A stretch of 64,000 nucleotides of DNA from Convolutriloba macropyga (lineage: Eukaryota), in the NCBI RefSeq assembly GCF_964194025.1, contig NC_134482.1, forward strand, positions 34,844,001 through 34,908,000. The letters run 5' to 3'. The notes under the pieces are model-generated. The model was not told the DNA's origin. It saw nothing but the letters and a program-made list of their open reading frames with translations, and ran no database searches. The position numbers were made by a program, and so were the translations under genes. Positions 37,950 to 50,990 of the stretch are shown here, in pieces. Every line of letters begins with the position of its first letter. Positions within the stretch are counted from its first letter, which is position 1.

Positions 37950-40823
37950 GTGCCCCCCCCAGTACCTTATGCCCCCAGTTACAGAGCACGTGTTATTATA
38001 GTTCTCAGACTGCTCAGACTGCTTATTATAGTTCTCAGCCTGAAGTTCTCAGACTGCTTGTCAACGCGAAGCTATAACATTTTATGCCTCACTGAAACAT
38101 GGCTGACTCCTGATGTTCAAAACTATTCGCTCTTCCTACCTGCATACACGATCTACCGAAATGACAGAATACCATGCGAACACGAAACGAAACACAGTGG
38201 CGTACTTATAGCAATCAGATCGACTATTATGCACGAACAAATTTTGATTGACCTACATCTTGAGGATTTTGTGGTGATTAGTGTACAAACAAAACCACAG
38301 CCGACTCTCATATGCTGTTTGTACAGCCCCCCATCAGACAGCGACTACACCTGGTCGCCGCAACAGTTAGAAATTCTGCTCTCCAAAATATCAAATCATG
38401 CTAAAAGAATAGGCTACCAAGGCGTGTTCATTTGTGGAGACATCAACTTCTCCAAAACAGACTGGAACAACATGAGCTCCAATTCCGAGTGTGAAAACGC
38501 TGTTCTGGATGCTCTTTCGGAATACAATTTCCTGAACTACTCAAATCTTCAGTTAGACGTCATTCTGGCCAACAACCCTGACCAGATTGTCAAAACTGAT
38601 CTTGACACCGATCTTTACAACTGTTACGCACTAAACGGCAAGCCATGTGCTGATCATCTACCGGTCAGTGTTACAGTAAACGCATTCCATAGCGAACTAT
38701 ACATTCCTCATCAAGTCAAATATGCCTTTAAGAAAGCGGATTGGGACGAATTGAATAAGGCTATAGTAGACAGTCCTTTCAACCCTTACTGTTTCAGTAA
38801 TCTCGATTTCCTTGTCAAAAAATGGTACGAATGGATCTTCAGCCTCATCGATCATTTCATTCCGAAAGTTACAAGACACAGGTCAACGCTTCCACCTTGG
38901 GTATCCAGCCGTACCTCACACCTGATGAAGAAGTTAGCTACAAAAAAGAAGCAATGGGTCTCTCCGGTCTTGTCAAAACTCCTGAAGTTGAAGAAAATGG
39001 AGCGTCAAATAAAAGAAGCCGCAAATGAAGATTTGAAAATGTTTGAAACCGAAATCTTTCAAAGTCGACAGTTCAGCAACATCGAGAAGTACCTACGTTG
39101 TGTTCGCAAGTCACCAAACGTTCCTCCTGTCGTCACTCTGTCCACTCAAAAAGCCGAAACTGACCAAGAAAAGGCCAAATTATTCAATCAGTTTTTCCAA
39201 AGTGTTTTCAACGAGAAGCAACATCACTGCATAACTTTTGAGAACAGAGGCCTCAATAGTCTCCTTTTCTCCGAAACAGAAATCCAGCACATATTGGAAC
39301 ACTTAACTCTGAACAAGTCTACGGGACCTGACAACATCGGAAACATTGTTTTAAAAAAGTGCGCCTTCTCACTCAGCAAGTCACTCCTCCTCCTATTCCA
39401 AACAATCTCGAATAAAGGAATCTTCCCCAGATACTGGAAAATCAGTCAAGTTACGCCAGTGTTCAAAGGGGGAAACAAATCAGACACTACTTGTTATCGA
39501 CCGATTAGTTTACTCTGCTGTGTGTCAAAAGTCCTTGAGCGTCTCATCTTCAACACACTATACAAGTTTTGCCAACACCGCCTACACGAAAACCAATATG
39601 GATTCCGAAAAAATAGGTCAGCAGTGGTACAATTGTTGGTCTACCTTGATTCAATTTACCAAAAGTACGATGACCCCACAGTAGACAACCTGACAATTCT
39701 GTATCTCGACTTTGCTAAGACCTTCGATAAAGTACCGCATGACTTGCTTATACTGAAACTCCAGTCCTTTGACATTGGCGGAAAGTTGTTGCAACTCATA
39801 AGCTCCTACTTGAGCGACAGGGAGCAATATGTTAAAATAAATGCGGAAACATCCACTCCAGTAAGTGTCAGCAGTGGAGTTCCACAAGGCTCCATTCTCG
39901 GACCACTGCTCTTTCTGCTGTTCATAAATGATCTACCAGCTTCAGTGTCAAATTGTGAAAGTTTTGGATATGCCGATGATTTCAAGATAATTGCACTGAC
40001 TCAGAGCCAACTCACGATTGGTGCCATGACTATACAGAATTGGTGCTCCGAAAACAAAATGCAACTGAACACCTCTAAATGCAAGCTCCTCAACATAAAA
40101 GGCACTTTGACAGCAGCAATAGACAACCTTGAAATTGAACCGACGAATCTTCAGCGCGACCTAGGACTATGGATCACCTCAAATCTCACGTGGAACGATA
40201 ACTGTACCACGAGAACGAAGAAGGGATTAAGTGCACTGTTCCAACTGAAACGAAACCTGTCTACAAACAGCACGCGAAACAGTAAGCTAAATTCTTACGT
40301 TGGTTACGTTGTGCCAGTCCTGACCTACTGCTCTCAAGCATGGCAGCAGAACAAGTCGAATCTTGCGAAGTTTGAAAGGGTGCAGGAGATTGCTACCAAG
40401 TGGATACTGAATGCAAGTTTTGAATACAAAGATCGACTTCTACAGCTAAAGCTGCTGCCTCTCAGCTTATATGTCGAAATGCACAATCTCCTGCTTCTGA
40501 TATCATTGGATAGAAACGAATACGACGTTGTTGTTGATCTACCTAGAGTCACCGAAGATAAAACTCGACAGCATACAAGAGGAGAACTGGCGATCGGAAC
40601 GAATCGACTCTACAAAACCGATGAAAACTTCTTCCATCGTACAAAATTATTATACAATATTATTATCAGAGTGTACACCAGCTACGGAAAATATCTCAAT
40701 AAAAACACCATCTCCAAAATCTACTGGGACTACTTTCTGAGAAAATATGACAAGAGGGACAAATGCACTTGGCGAATTGTTTGCAAATGTGACCACTGCA
40801 ATAACTGGAAAAAACTAGACTAA
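37950..40823 (+). CDS. LINE ORF2: AP endonuclease + reverse transcriptase (open frame; first ~35 codons are not element-derived)
   Basis: CLTETWL, GDINF, ADHLPV, YRPISLL, YLDFAKTFDKV, GVPQGSILGPLLF, YADD, C-terminal CTWRIVCKCDHC. Confidence 0.9.
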   Translation: MPPPVPYAPSYRARVIIVLRLLRLLIIVLSLKFSDCLSTRSYNILCLTETWLTPDVQNYSLFLPAYTIYRNDRIPCEHETKHSGVLIAIRSTIMHEQILIDLHLEDFVVISVQTKPQPTLICCLYSPPSDSDYTWSPQQLEILLSKISNHAKRIGYQGVFICGDINFSKTDWNNMSSNSECENAVLDALSEYNFLNYSNLQLDVILANNPDQIVKTDLDTDLYNCYALNGKPCADHLPVSVTVNAFHSELYIPHQVKYAFKKADWDELNKAIVDSPFNPYCFSNLDFLVKKWYEWIFSLIDHFIPKVTRHRSTLPPWVSSRTSHLMKKLATKKKQWVSPVLSKLLKLKKMERQIKEAANEDLKMFETEIFQSRQFSNIEKYLRCVRKSPNVPPVVTLSTQKAETDQEKAKLFNQFFQSVFNEKQHHCITFENRGLNSLLFSETEIQHILEHLTLNKSTGPDNIGNIVLKKCAFSLSKSLLLLFQTISNKGIFPRYWKISQVTPVFKGGNKSDTTCYRPISLLCCVSKVLERLIFNTLYKFCQHRLHENQYGFRKNRSAVVQLLVYLDSIYQKYDDPTVDNLTILYLDFAKTFDKVPHDLLILKLQSFDIGGKLLQLISSYLSDREQYVKINAETSTPVSVSSGVPQGSILGPLLFLLFINDLPASVSNCESFGYADDFKIIALTQSQLTIGAMTIQNWCSENKMQLNTSKCKLLNIKGTLTAAIDNLEIEPTNLQRDLGLWITSNLTWNDNCTTRTKKGLSALFQLKRNLSTNSTRNSKLNSYVGYVVPVLTYCSQAWQQNKSNLAKFERVQEIATKWILNASFEYKDRLLQLKLLPLSLYVEMHNLLLLISLDRNEYDVVVDLPRVTEDKTRQHTRGELAIGTNRLYKTDENFFHRTKLLYNIIIRVYTSYGKYLNKNTISKIYWDYFLRKYDKRDKCTWRIVCKCDHCNNWKKLD

Positions 40824-40901
40824 ACTAAAACTACCTTTGGACTGAACTCATGTGGGTCTAACAAACCCTTGGATTTATTTATGTTTAAATCCTAAAGCCT
40901 T

Positions 40902-40936
<35 letters not shown>
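38040..40936 (+). mobile_element. CR1/L2-group LINE, 5'-truncated at the start of ORF2, with (TAC)n tail
   Basis: Uninterrupted APE-RT frame, short 3' UTR, (TAC)~11 at 40902-40936. Confidence 0.93.
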
Positions 40937-41098
40937 GTGTAAATCACTATTCAAAAATTTGTGCGTCTAGGGGGTGCAAATAATATGCACCCACTAAGCT
41001 GAGGGGGCACAAACGGAACAGATCCCGTTTTCCAATAAAGACAGTTTTTGCAACATCAAGTAAGTACTCTGATGCGTTCTCATTAAATATTTCTTTCA

Positions 41099-41341
41099 TC
41101 AGTTCTGTTGGATCAAGTCTGTATATATACGGATAACTACAATTTTTTTAAAAAAAATTGCATGCGTTAGTATGCTTTTTGTGGGAGATTTTCTATCCTT
41201 AAATTTTACTCCAAGCTGCATCTTTATCTTAGAGTAAAATTTAAGGATAGAAAATCTCCACAAAAAGCATACTAACGCATGCAATTTTTCTTGAAAATTG
41301 TAGTTATCCGTATATATACAGACTTGATCCAACAGAACTGA
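41099..41341. repeat. Near-perfect foldback palindrome (~110-bp arms, ~20-nt spacer)
   Basis: tcagttctgttggatcaagtctgtatatatacggataactacaatttt... is the reverse complement of ...aaaattgtagttatccgtatatatacagacttgatccaacagaactga. Confidence 0.95.
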
Positions 41342-41412
41342 CGTATATATCACTGTTTCTTAGTGACTACCATCGGTCTACTGTGCATAAATATTGTCGT
41401 CCTGATTTTCAG

Positions 41413-41582
41413 ATGAAGATGAACTTAATTAACTTAGAACAACGTGTGCGAGGCCAGCCTTTTCAAGTAGCGCCGAGGTATATAAATCTAGATTTCATCG
41501 GCGAAGGTGCTTATGGCTGCGTTGCATCAGCTACAGATACAGAGGCCCAAAATCCAAATAAAGTTGCCATCAAGAAAATCAG
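41413..41582 (+). CDS. ERK: ERK1/2-type MAP kinase, coding exon 1 of 3 seen
   Basis: [12 protein letters not shown]...[12 protein letters not shown]...KVAIKKI; ttttcag acceptor immediately before the ATG; donor AG|GTCAGA. Confidence 0.9.
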
Positions 41583-42176
41583 GTCAGAAAGGGAAACAAG
41601 ATATAACAAAAATTAGCATATGAGAATATTTTTGGTGTGTTATTTGTTGTGAATAAGTCTATGCTATTTTTTTAAACAAATTTGCGTAAATAAGTTTCCC
41701 TCTTCTTGGAAACTGGTTCCTCTGCCTCAGAAGGTTTCGGTCGCTACGAAAAAACCGAACCAACTGAAAATTTATCCGCTCTTATCGCTAATGGAGGCCG
41801 TCTGAAAGGTTTCTACTGTTTGTTTTTCTTCAGCTTGTGCTCAATTTTCGCATGTAACCCCCGCCAGGTTTTTTTACCTGGTTTTATTTCTCCATAGACG
41901 TCGAGCACAGCACTTTCAACCAACTAATCTTAGTCCGCACTGGCATAGCAGGGCCTGTAGCAACAAAAAGTTTTTGTATGGTTCATTTCATGCGATTAGC
42001 AGATTCATTGTTTTTCTTTATCCATTGAAAGTTTGGTATTTACATATGCGGACATAATTAATTTACTTTTTTATTCGAGTATTAGAAGGGTGAAAGCCCC
42101 TACCCTTTTAGAGGAGGGGCTTTCTCTTAATTGAAATCTTCGAGTATTTCGTGGTATTCGGGTTGTTTTGTTTCAG

Positions 42177-42365
42177 TCCTTTCGAGCACCAAACATATTG
42201 TCTGAGAACGTTGCGAGAAATCAAAATCTTAACTAGGTTTCAACATGAAAACATCATTGCCATTGACAACCTATTTGCCTATCCTTGGACCGACAACTGG
42301 CAGGACCTCAAAGATGTTTACATAGTTCAAGAGCTCATGGAAACAGACATGTTCAAGTTAATGAA
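42177..42365 (+). CDS. ERK: ERK1/2-type MAP kinase, coding exon 2
   Basis: tttcag|T-CCT: [28 protein letters not shown]...[11 protein letters not shown]; donor AA|GTAAG; phases join correctly. Confidence 0.95.
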
Positions 42366-42487
42366 GTAAGCATTTGCAATATGTCATAGAAGTGTATGTT
42401 AGACATGGTTTTCATCGTACCGAGCGATAGAGGATCTTTCCTATTATAGCCCTGAACGAAAATATATAGATGTGGCAATTGGCTGTA

Positions 42488-42792
42488 CGGTTTCTACTTC
42501 TTTTCACCCCGCTTCATTTAACCCCGCATATCTTAACCCATATCATTAAACCCTTCTGTCATTTCACCCCTCTATCATTTTACCCGCCAATTAGCAGTCG
42601 ACCTAAAAGGCATGCTTTGACATAATTAAGTGGATAACTTAATCCCATGTTTGGTTGCCACAGTTTCATATGAAGTACCACGGGCCGCTGAGGCATGGCC
42701 AAGTGATTACTTTGCTAAATTAATAGTCATAATAATTTATAATTTTTAAAAACCGGGGTGAAATGATAGAGGGGTGAAAAAGCTACACACCG
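42488..42792. mobile_element. MITE in ERK intron with CGG...CCG termini
   Basis: Left cggtttctacttcttttcacccc versus right ggggtgaaaaagctacacaccg; subterminal catttcacccc units; flanks gctgta / gcttta (6-bp TSD, one mismatch). Confidence 0.7.
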
Positions 42793-44136
42793 GCTTTACG
42801 TTACATACCCAGTAAGCTGGAGGGGTGGGGACTATAATTGGTTAACCTGATTGCATAGATTGAAGCGAGGGCAGTAGACCACAGCATGTAATCCTTAATA
42901 ATGAGCGTTCAAACGCAATTGTCTATGACTCTTAAAAGCATGCTTGACTTGTGTGCCCGTTATAGTAATCCTAATATAAGCAAAATGCCCTCTTATGCTG
43001 ATGATTACGTCTGTCCTTATTCAAATACTTTTATTTTTACGGATAAAAGTCACGCACATCTGAAAAAGAACCAAAACAGCTGAAGAAAATGTCATAGTTT
43101 TTTTCTTAAGATACAGAAAATTTTTAACGAACAAGATCTAGACAAATGCTTGAAGCCTAGAGCGAAATCTTCTGAAAATTTTCCCAATAGCCTGTGCTGC
43201 TGTTACATTCGGCTCAGTGATTATATAATGATTACGCCCCCGCTTTATTTCTTGTTACATATTAGAGTGCTATATAACAACACGTAATATACTGCTGGAG
43301 GTCATGAGCGACACTTGACGAATAGAATATATCCATTTTTCGATTTCCCCCCGTACTCTTCCCCGCTTATTATACTTGACTCCTACGCCCACGTTATCTT
43401 TCAATTGCACGCGGTGGAGCATTATTTAATAATGCTTATTTTACAACAGTATCTGACTGTCGTATACGTGAGTATAGCTGTACGAACAAAAGTGTTCATG
43501 GATATCAAAACAAAGGCCTACTAATAGTTTCCATAAATGGGATTTTCTAATTTCCTGAAGAGGTGAAATTGAAAAAAAATAGTCATGTACGGATCTTAAA
43601 TAATGTTTTAACTCTGTTATAACTTCTTCGGATTCGTTCTCTTGATTCAATAACTCGAATTCGATGGAAAATTGAAAATCCTAATGAATCAGTTTGCCAG
43701 TTTTGATCGTATAACTTTCCCGAGAGGGGTACAAAACGGAGAAGATCATCACTTTTCTTTGTGGTAGTAGTTGAGTCTTTTGGTGCTGAATCTTTTGTGG
43801 CGTAATCAGATTATGTGCCCATTACATCTATTAAAATAATTGTATTTCGTTTTGAAATATTTACAGAAAAGTGTACTGATAGTTTTGTTGAAGTACATCA
43901 TCTTACTTTAAATTCAATCAATGTAATAATTAAAAGTCTCTCTTTCAATCGACATTCTCGAGGAAAGGAAATTTTAAATTGATTTAAATTTTTACGTTGT
44001 TTACGTTTATACCAAGGCATATACATAAATGATTGGAATAGTTCAATGGAACTTGTGCACCTACCCAAATAGCCATGAAGGGCTTGTTTCATTGATGCTC
44101 TTAATATTCGCGCTAACATTGGAACGCAATGCTTGA

Positions 44137-44439
<303 letters not shown>

Positions 44440-45851
44440 TAAGTACATGTTACTTTTAGTGATATTTTGGTAACTAAAAACTCGAGTGCAGTTGTTGCCG
44501 CAGTGAATGTTTACTAACTGTATTACAATGAGTATTTTTCTTAGGTTTTTTTTATTAATTCTGGAGAAATAAAGATAAAAAGGCTGGCGTTAAAAGTTAA
44601 TTGAGTTAGTTTCTTGTTTTAATCTTAAGTTTGATCGGGATAGGCGTCAATATAGACCAGACAACATAGCAAAATTAACTTTTACGAAAAATAAATTTTC
44701 TGCACTTCAAAAGCCTTGTATTAATCTTGTATTAAAAGTTTCTCTCCTAGTTCAAACGTTTTCTAAAATGGAAAATATACGAGATGCTGCGTTTTTCTTT
44801 TCTTCAGTCATTATTTTAACCTTTTTGTTAGCGCGTCATGGGGAAAATACAACATCTTTTTATAGCTCATTGAAGCCAGTTTTGATTATTATTTTCCAAA
44901 AATGCAGCAGGATTTCGGCTTGGGGGATTCGCCGTCATCACTTTTCTAGTGTCTTAATAATTAAAACGTTAAAATCTGTTTTTTAATTGCACTCAAACGC
45001 CTGAAGCAATTATTTTAGTCCTGTTGGTCTTCTTTATGCTATTTCTGTCTGAGGCTTTAAATTTGTGACTTTTTCAAGCTTGGTTTTTGCACGATTTAAA
45101 ATTTTTTCGCAGAATTTCAGCCCCTAACTTACATTGTGGTAGTTTGCTACTAAATGACATATCTTAAGTGTACTAAAATTGGTTTCATTTTAAAGTTTGT
45201 TTTATTTGAAGATTTTAACATTTTTCCGCGGGCACAATTGGCTGACGCTTGTGATTTGAGAGCAATTCTACCGACAGTAGTCGGCTGTCTTGAATCGCTT
45301 TTGAACGAAGTCTGAAGCAATCATTCTAAGCGTGTATCCAAGATTTTTTGCTTGATTATTTTCTACAATGTTTTTTTGTTCCGCTTTTCATGTTTTTTTT
45401 TCAAATGGTTGTCTTTTTAACTGATGACTATATATATTGCAACTTGTTTCTCCAATAGTTGTTTCGGAGTCGTGTTAATTTCCTGATATTGTTTCAAAAT
45501 TTTTGGTAAATTAACTAGTAGGCTCATTTTATTAATTGAGTGGTTGGCTGGGCACTGAGTGAATGTCTACTTCGAGTCGGTTTCGAGTCAAGTCTTTGAT
45601 CGATCGGTGTTTTTTAATCGATGACTTTTATTTTTATGAATAGGATGTGTTTTAGAGAAGTCAAATACATGTGAAAAGAAATGTTTAGGTCAATATGTTT
45701 AACAAAAGGCAGAACCAGAATTTAGAGCTATTTTTCGAGTATTGTTCTGAGAGAACGAGAAAAATAGGTGTTAAAAAATTTTGCGCTAAATAGATACTTC
45801 AGTATCTAGATACTTTAACCTAATTGTGATAAACTTATTGAATAAATTAAG

Positions 45852-48800
45852 ATGAGTTATGAACAAACCGGCAATGACGTCAATGGACAACCACCTGTTC
45901 TCCAGTACATGGATCGCACCCCCATGATGAAGGTAAGTGCAAGCAAAAGAGGTTGCTCGGAATTGAGTCCGCTTGAAGAAAGATCGATGGAAGAAGTCAT
46001 TCAAAGCGCACTTGCAGCTCAAATGCCAGTATTACTGCAGGCACTCAAGCAGAAGTTCGGAATTCGGTATCAGCAGCCATCAACGATGCAATTGCCAAGT
46101 TTAAAGATGAGTTCGCTCAAAAATTAATTGTGCAAGAAGAAAGATGTAACTTGAAGTCCCTATCCGAAGCCGAGCTACTGGAAAGTTACAACAGGCGTGA
46201 TAACCTTAAGGTTATTGGACTGCCTGAGGTTATCGAGGATGATGGAAAACCTGAAGCGTACGCGAAGACTAGCAAGGAACTTGTTAAACTTAAAGTTTCA
46301 AAAATTGAGATGCTGAAGAAGAAGAAAAGTTTGGAGAATCTCGTCGGATACGCCAATATTAAAGTGTTTGAAGATATTAGTCGTCCCTGTTTAGCTTTTT
46401 TTTAACCTAATGAAGCACAATAATCGTATTGCAATGGTTTGGAGAAAGTAACAGTGGCCCGAAAAAGTAACATATTTTACCAATACAAGAATGAAAGATC
46501 TATTCAGAAGATAACGGGACAATATGAAGGTGATGAACTAGGCTACCAATTGCAAGATGTGAAAAACTGTTTTTATTTTCAGCGGCATTTCTCCGGCAGA
46601 GAACTGCACAGAGAATGATCCTAAATCAGTTGTATCTTCATGTGATAGATCCTATTTACCAATTTCCATACTAACTGTTAATGTTCGTTCTTTAAAAAAC
46701 ACTTAAGCGATTTGGAAGCACTTGTTCATAGTCTTGAGTCTCCTCCAAGTGTTATATGTCTCACTGAAACTTGGTTGACTGGAAACGATGACATCGATTC
46801 CTTATTAGTTCCAGTCTATAATAATTATGCAATTAATAATAGGAACACGCTTGGCGGAGGTGTAATGATTCAAATTGAGGATCCAATATCCTTGTTGGAA
46901 ACACATTCAACAGATAAGGACGAGACTCTTTGGGTCTCTGTTCAATACAAAAAATACAGATATAACTTGGCTACTGTCTACGATCCTCCAAGAACAAATA
47001 AAATAAAATTCGTCGAAAAACTGGATAAATTTGTGAATGATTTAACTTCCATAAATTGTCCTACCGTTATAACTGGAGATTTTAAAATCGACACTCATGT
47101 AAAGAATCAATTACTTTTAAATTATCTTTGCACGATATCTGCTAATGATTTTGAGAGTGCTAATCTTGAAACTACCAGGGAAACTTCTACCTCCGCAACT
47201 TGTCTAGATCATTTTATATATCAAAATTTTGCCAGCCCTGAATTTAGTGTACTAATTCATGAAAATTTTTCAGATGACTATCCCATCCTAATAAAGTGGC
47301 CAATTAGTGTTGATACTGAACAAAACTATTTGCCATTTAGAGGCATAAGCGTTTTAAACTATCAAGGAAAACGGTCGAATTATTTAACTGTTTTAGACTG
47401 GAACCTAAGGAATTAATGTGACTTTTTCGAATCTGATAGTACCAATGAGCTGTTCAACAAATTTAACAACCTTTTTCTGGAAATCACTAACAAGTATGCC
47501 CCTCTTAAATGCTTGGCTGATAAAAAATCGAAAGTACCAAAATGGTTTACAAACACTCTTAAACATCAGTGCTTCAAAAAAAAACAAAGCACATCGAAGT
47601 CTAAAACAAAATCCGAATAACAATGAAGCAGCAAAAAATTCAAATTGTTACGCGACAAGTTTGGAAAAAGTGTTAAAAAGCTAAAAAAAGATTTTTATGC
47701 ACAAAAATTTGAATCATGTATTGGAGACTCAAGGCAAACATAAGTTACTCAATGATATTAAAGGAACAACTCGAAAAAGTTCACAAGTCCCTGCGTTGAA
47801 TACATGCAATGCACGTTGCACTGATCCAAGCAGCGCTGAGATTGCTGAGGAATTTAACACATTCTTCACCAATGTTGGTCCGAAGCTGAAATATAACATT
47901 AAACACGTTCCTTTAACTAAGATGGACGAAAATAATCACTCAATGTATCTAAAGCCATTAACCTGTGACGAGGTTAGGGAAATCATTGATAATCTAGATT
48001 AAAAAATCTCTTCTGGTGATGATGATATCTCAAATGGCATAGTTAAGTTATCATCAAATGTTACGATTCCATACCTAACCCAGATAATCAATAAATCTTT
48101 TGAAGGAGTTTTTCCCGATGATCTGAAAAAGGTCAAAGTCATTCCTCTTCACAAGGGTGGATCAAAACTTGATGAAAGTAACTACATACCAATTTCTCTA
48201 CTAATTGTGTGGAGTAAAATTATAGAACGTGCTTTGTTCATTCGCATATGGAATATCATAATCTGTTTTTCAATAGGCAATTTGGGTTTCGTTCCAAACA
48301 CAGCACAATTGACGCTCTAGTTGAATTAGTTGAAAAAATATGATTGAACTGCAAAATGTAAAAGCTATAATATTCTATCTTGATCTTTAAAAAGCTTTTG
48401 GTACCATTGAGCATGATATCTTATTGAAAAAGATCGAAAATACTGGCATCAGGGGCCCAGCTCTAAATTGGGTAACAATATATTTAAAAGGGAGAAAACA
48501 GCGGGTTTTTGTAAATGAAGCTTGCTCCTCGTGGATTTCTAGTTTGTGGGGTTCCGCAAGGCTCAATTCTAGGTCCGTTATTGTTCCTAATTTATATCAA
48601 TGATCTGCCATTAGTTTGCAAATCTCTTGATATTATATTGTTTGCGGATGATACAAACCTCACCGCAATCAACAAAGACGATACTTCAGTGCAACAAGAT
48701 CTGAAAAACATCAATAATTGGTTGATTGCTAATAAGTTAATACTAAATATGAATAAAACAGTACAAAGTTTTCAATCACATGTAGAATATATTAAGAAGA

Positions 48801-49700
48801 GACTCTCAAAACAGTGTGGTATTATATGTAAGCTGCGTCACTATGTACCCCGTAAACAGCTAATTTATTACTATCGAAGCAATGTTAAACCAATAATTCA
48901 ATACGTTATTTTGGTATATGGCTGTTGCAGTTACTCGTCGCTTCTACCTATGTACATTCTGCAGAAAAAAAATTAAAATTCATTTACTTCAGGAAAAGGT
49001 CAGATAGTTCTAGGGACATTTTTATCTCTAATAAATTACTAACAGTATTCGAGTTCCATGTTTATGAGCTGCTGAAATTTGTCCTGAAATCATTGAAAAA
49101 GATGCATAGCGAAGCTTATCTAAATAAACTCTTTGAGTATGAGCATAGTACCAGAAACACCAGAAGATCTACCAAAAACTACCTAAAGATACCCTCCTTT
49201 AAAACGCAGTTTGAGCACTGCTCTATTTCATATCGTTGTGCAAAGCTATTTAAGACACTAAGAAAGAATGATGTTCTAAAACCAAACATTGAAACCAAAA
49301 ATTGGCAAACAATATCGCTGTTTTATCATAAATTTAAAGAAAGTTATTTGCTAAACAATGGGGAGCTGGTATCCTATATTTTTATATAGTTTATTCCGTA
49401 CCCACCCTCAAAACAATTTTTTTCCCTTTTTCTTTTCCATAAACTGTTGTCAAAAATTGTTGCAACCATTTTTTGAGGCCTAGAAAATGGTATTTTTTTG
49501 CAAAATAACGAAGTCTACACATAGAAAATCGACGATGAAAATCGAATTGCAGAATTTTTTTTTTACTTTAGCCAGGGCAGATACTATGTGGGCTTAATAG
49601 CCCTGTTTATCTGTCTCTCCGCGATACCTTTGATATGTAAATAATTTTAATTGATATATATTATGAATTATTTAATGTATTATGTAATTTATTAAATTGT
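45852..49700 (+). mobile_element. Decayed near-full-length LINE (ORF1 remnant + ORF2 APE-RT)
   Basis: ORF1-like ESYNRRDNLKVIGLPE; APE ICLTETWL, TGDF, CLDH; RT GVPQGSILGPLLFLIYINDLP, FADDT; numerous stops and frameshifts; ORF2 ends at 49389. The 3' boundary is approximate. Confidence 0.88.
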
Positions 49701-50795
49701 TGATAATTTTTGATAAAGGAGAAATTTTTTCTTTCTTTCAGTAGATGCTTTCATTTGGTCCTCGACTGGCTTTTGAAATGTTCTCGGCTGTCTCTTTTCG
49801 TTAGCTATCTACAACAGTGTTCAAACGCTCAAATAAAATTCTGAAACCTACAATTGATGTCACTTGTTACTCGGATTGTTTTCAGGTTAATTATCTAATA
49901 ATCTAGTCAATTTTATCATAGATTACTCACTCTATTCAATAAATTGACCTCTGTTCTAACTTTTTGAAATTTAACTGATGAAATTCTAATTAGAGTTCAA
50001 TTAAATGTATGTTAAAGTGCACTTATTTCAAAGCAGGGCGCCCTCACTTATTTACCTGAACTAAGTGAACTTACTAGACCTCTCCGATCTAATAGAAAAG
50101 TTGGTCAAAAATTTGAGCTTCAGATTTCCTTAGATTAGTGTTTTGTCGATGTTATCAGTCACTGATTGTTATCAAATGTCTAAACGGTATATTTGGCTGC
50201 TGGTATCCGGCATTCGGTCGGCGATGTTCCGGTTTTTAGAAACAAAATTTCACCCAGACGGTTTATCGAAGAACGAAATGTTCAATTAAAATGTGCCGGA
50301 GCAATACCGATTTCTGTCACAATGCAAAACTAAGCTTAATACGGAGCCTCTTTATTTGTGTTTGGTCTCCAAATATTTTGCAAATGCCATTCGGACGTTT
50401 TCATTTATTCTAAGTAACAGTATTTACGTTTATTAGGGTTCAACGTGGAACTGTTAAACCAACACTAATGAACGGCTTTGCAAATTCTAGACTCCGGAAT
50501 AGTTTCTAGTCTAATAAAAGAGTAAATATGCTATATTCAATTAAAAGTTGAACAGTGTAATTAACCTTGTCAATAGAAATAGAAAAATAGAAATCATGTG
50601 TACAAGTTAAAAATTAAGCCTCTTTGAACTGAAAATGAAATTAGATTAACATGGCATATTTTGATGAACAGCATAAATCAAGTCGGAAAATAAGCAACAG
50701 AAAATTAAGGCTGTTCGCAGTGATCAGATATCCCTTAAAATTTTCTCAAAACTATGTTTGGACAAAATTGAACAACTGTAATTTTCGAACCTTAA

Positions 50796-50990
50796 AAGGA
50801 GGCTCGGTAATGTGCGTTCGCACATAATGTTCCGACAGCGCCCAAGGACTTTTTTTGACTTAATTGACTTCCAAATGAGGAAGAGATTGAGAAATTTCAA
50901 AAACCAATTGGTGTATCCGTTTAATTACTCGCTTTGAACTCAAAACAATTTTTAAAAATATCCCATTAGAGGGCCGATGAAACCTGCTAT
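50796..50990 (+). repeat. Repeat end with internal hairpin; inverted partner at ~54450-54618
   Basis: aaggaggctcggtaatgtgcg..cgcacataatgttccgac matches the reverse complement of 54578-54618 with 2 mismatches; similarity continues inward (ttgacttaattg.ct.ccaaatga). Confidence 0.75.

Noticed and set aside
37950-38040. Hydrophobic N-terminus (signal peptide) on LINE ORF2
   Set aside because: GTG start, and the sequence derives from junction stutter repeats rather than a real leader.
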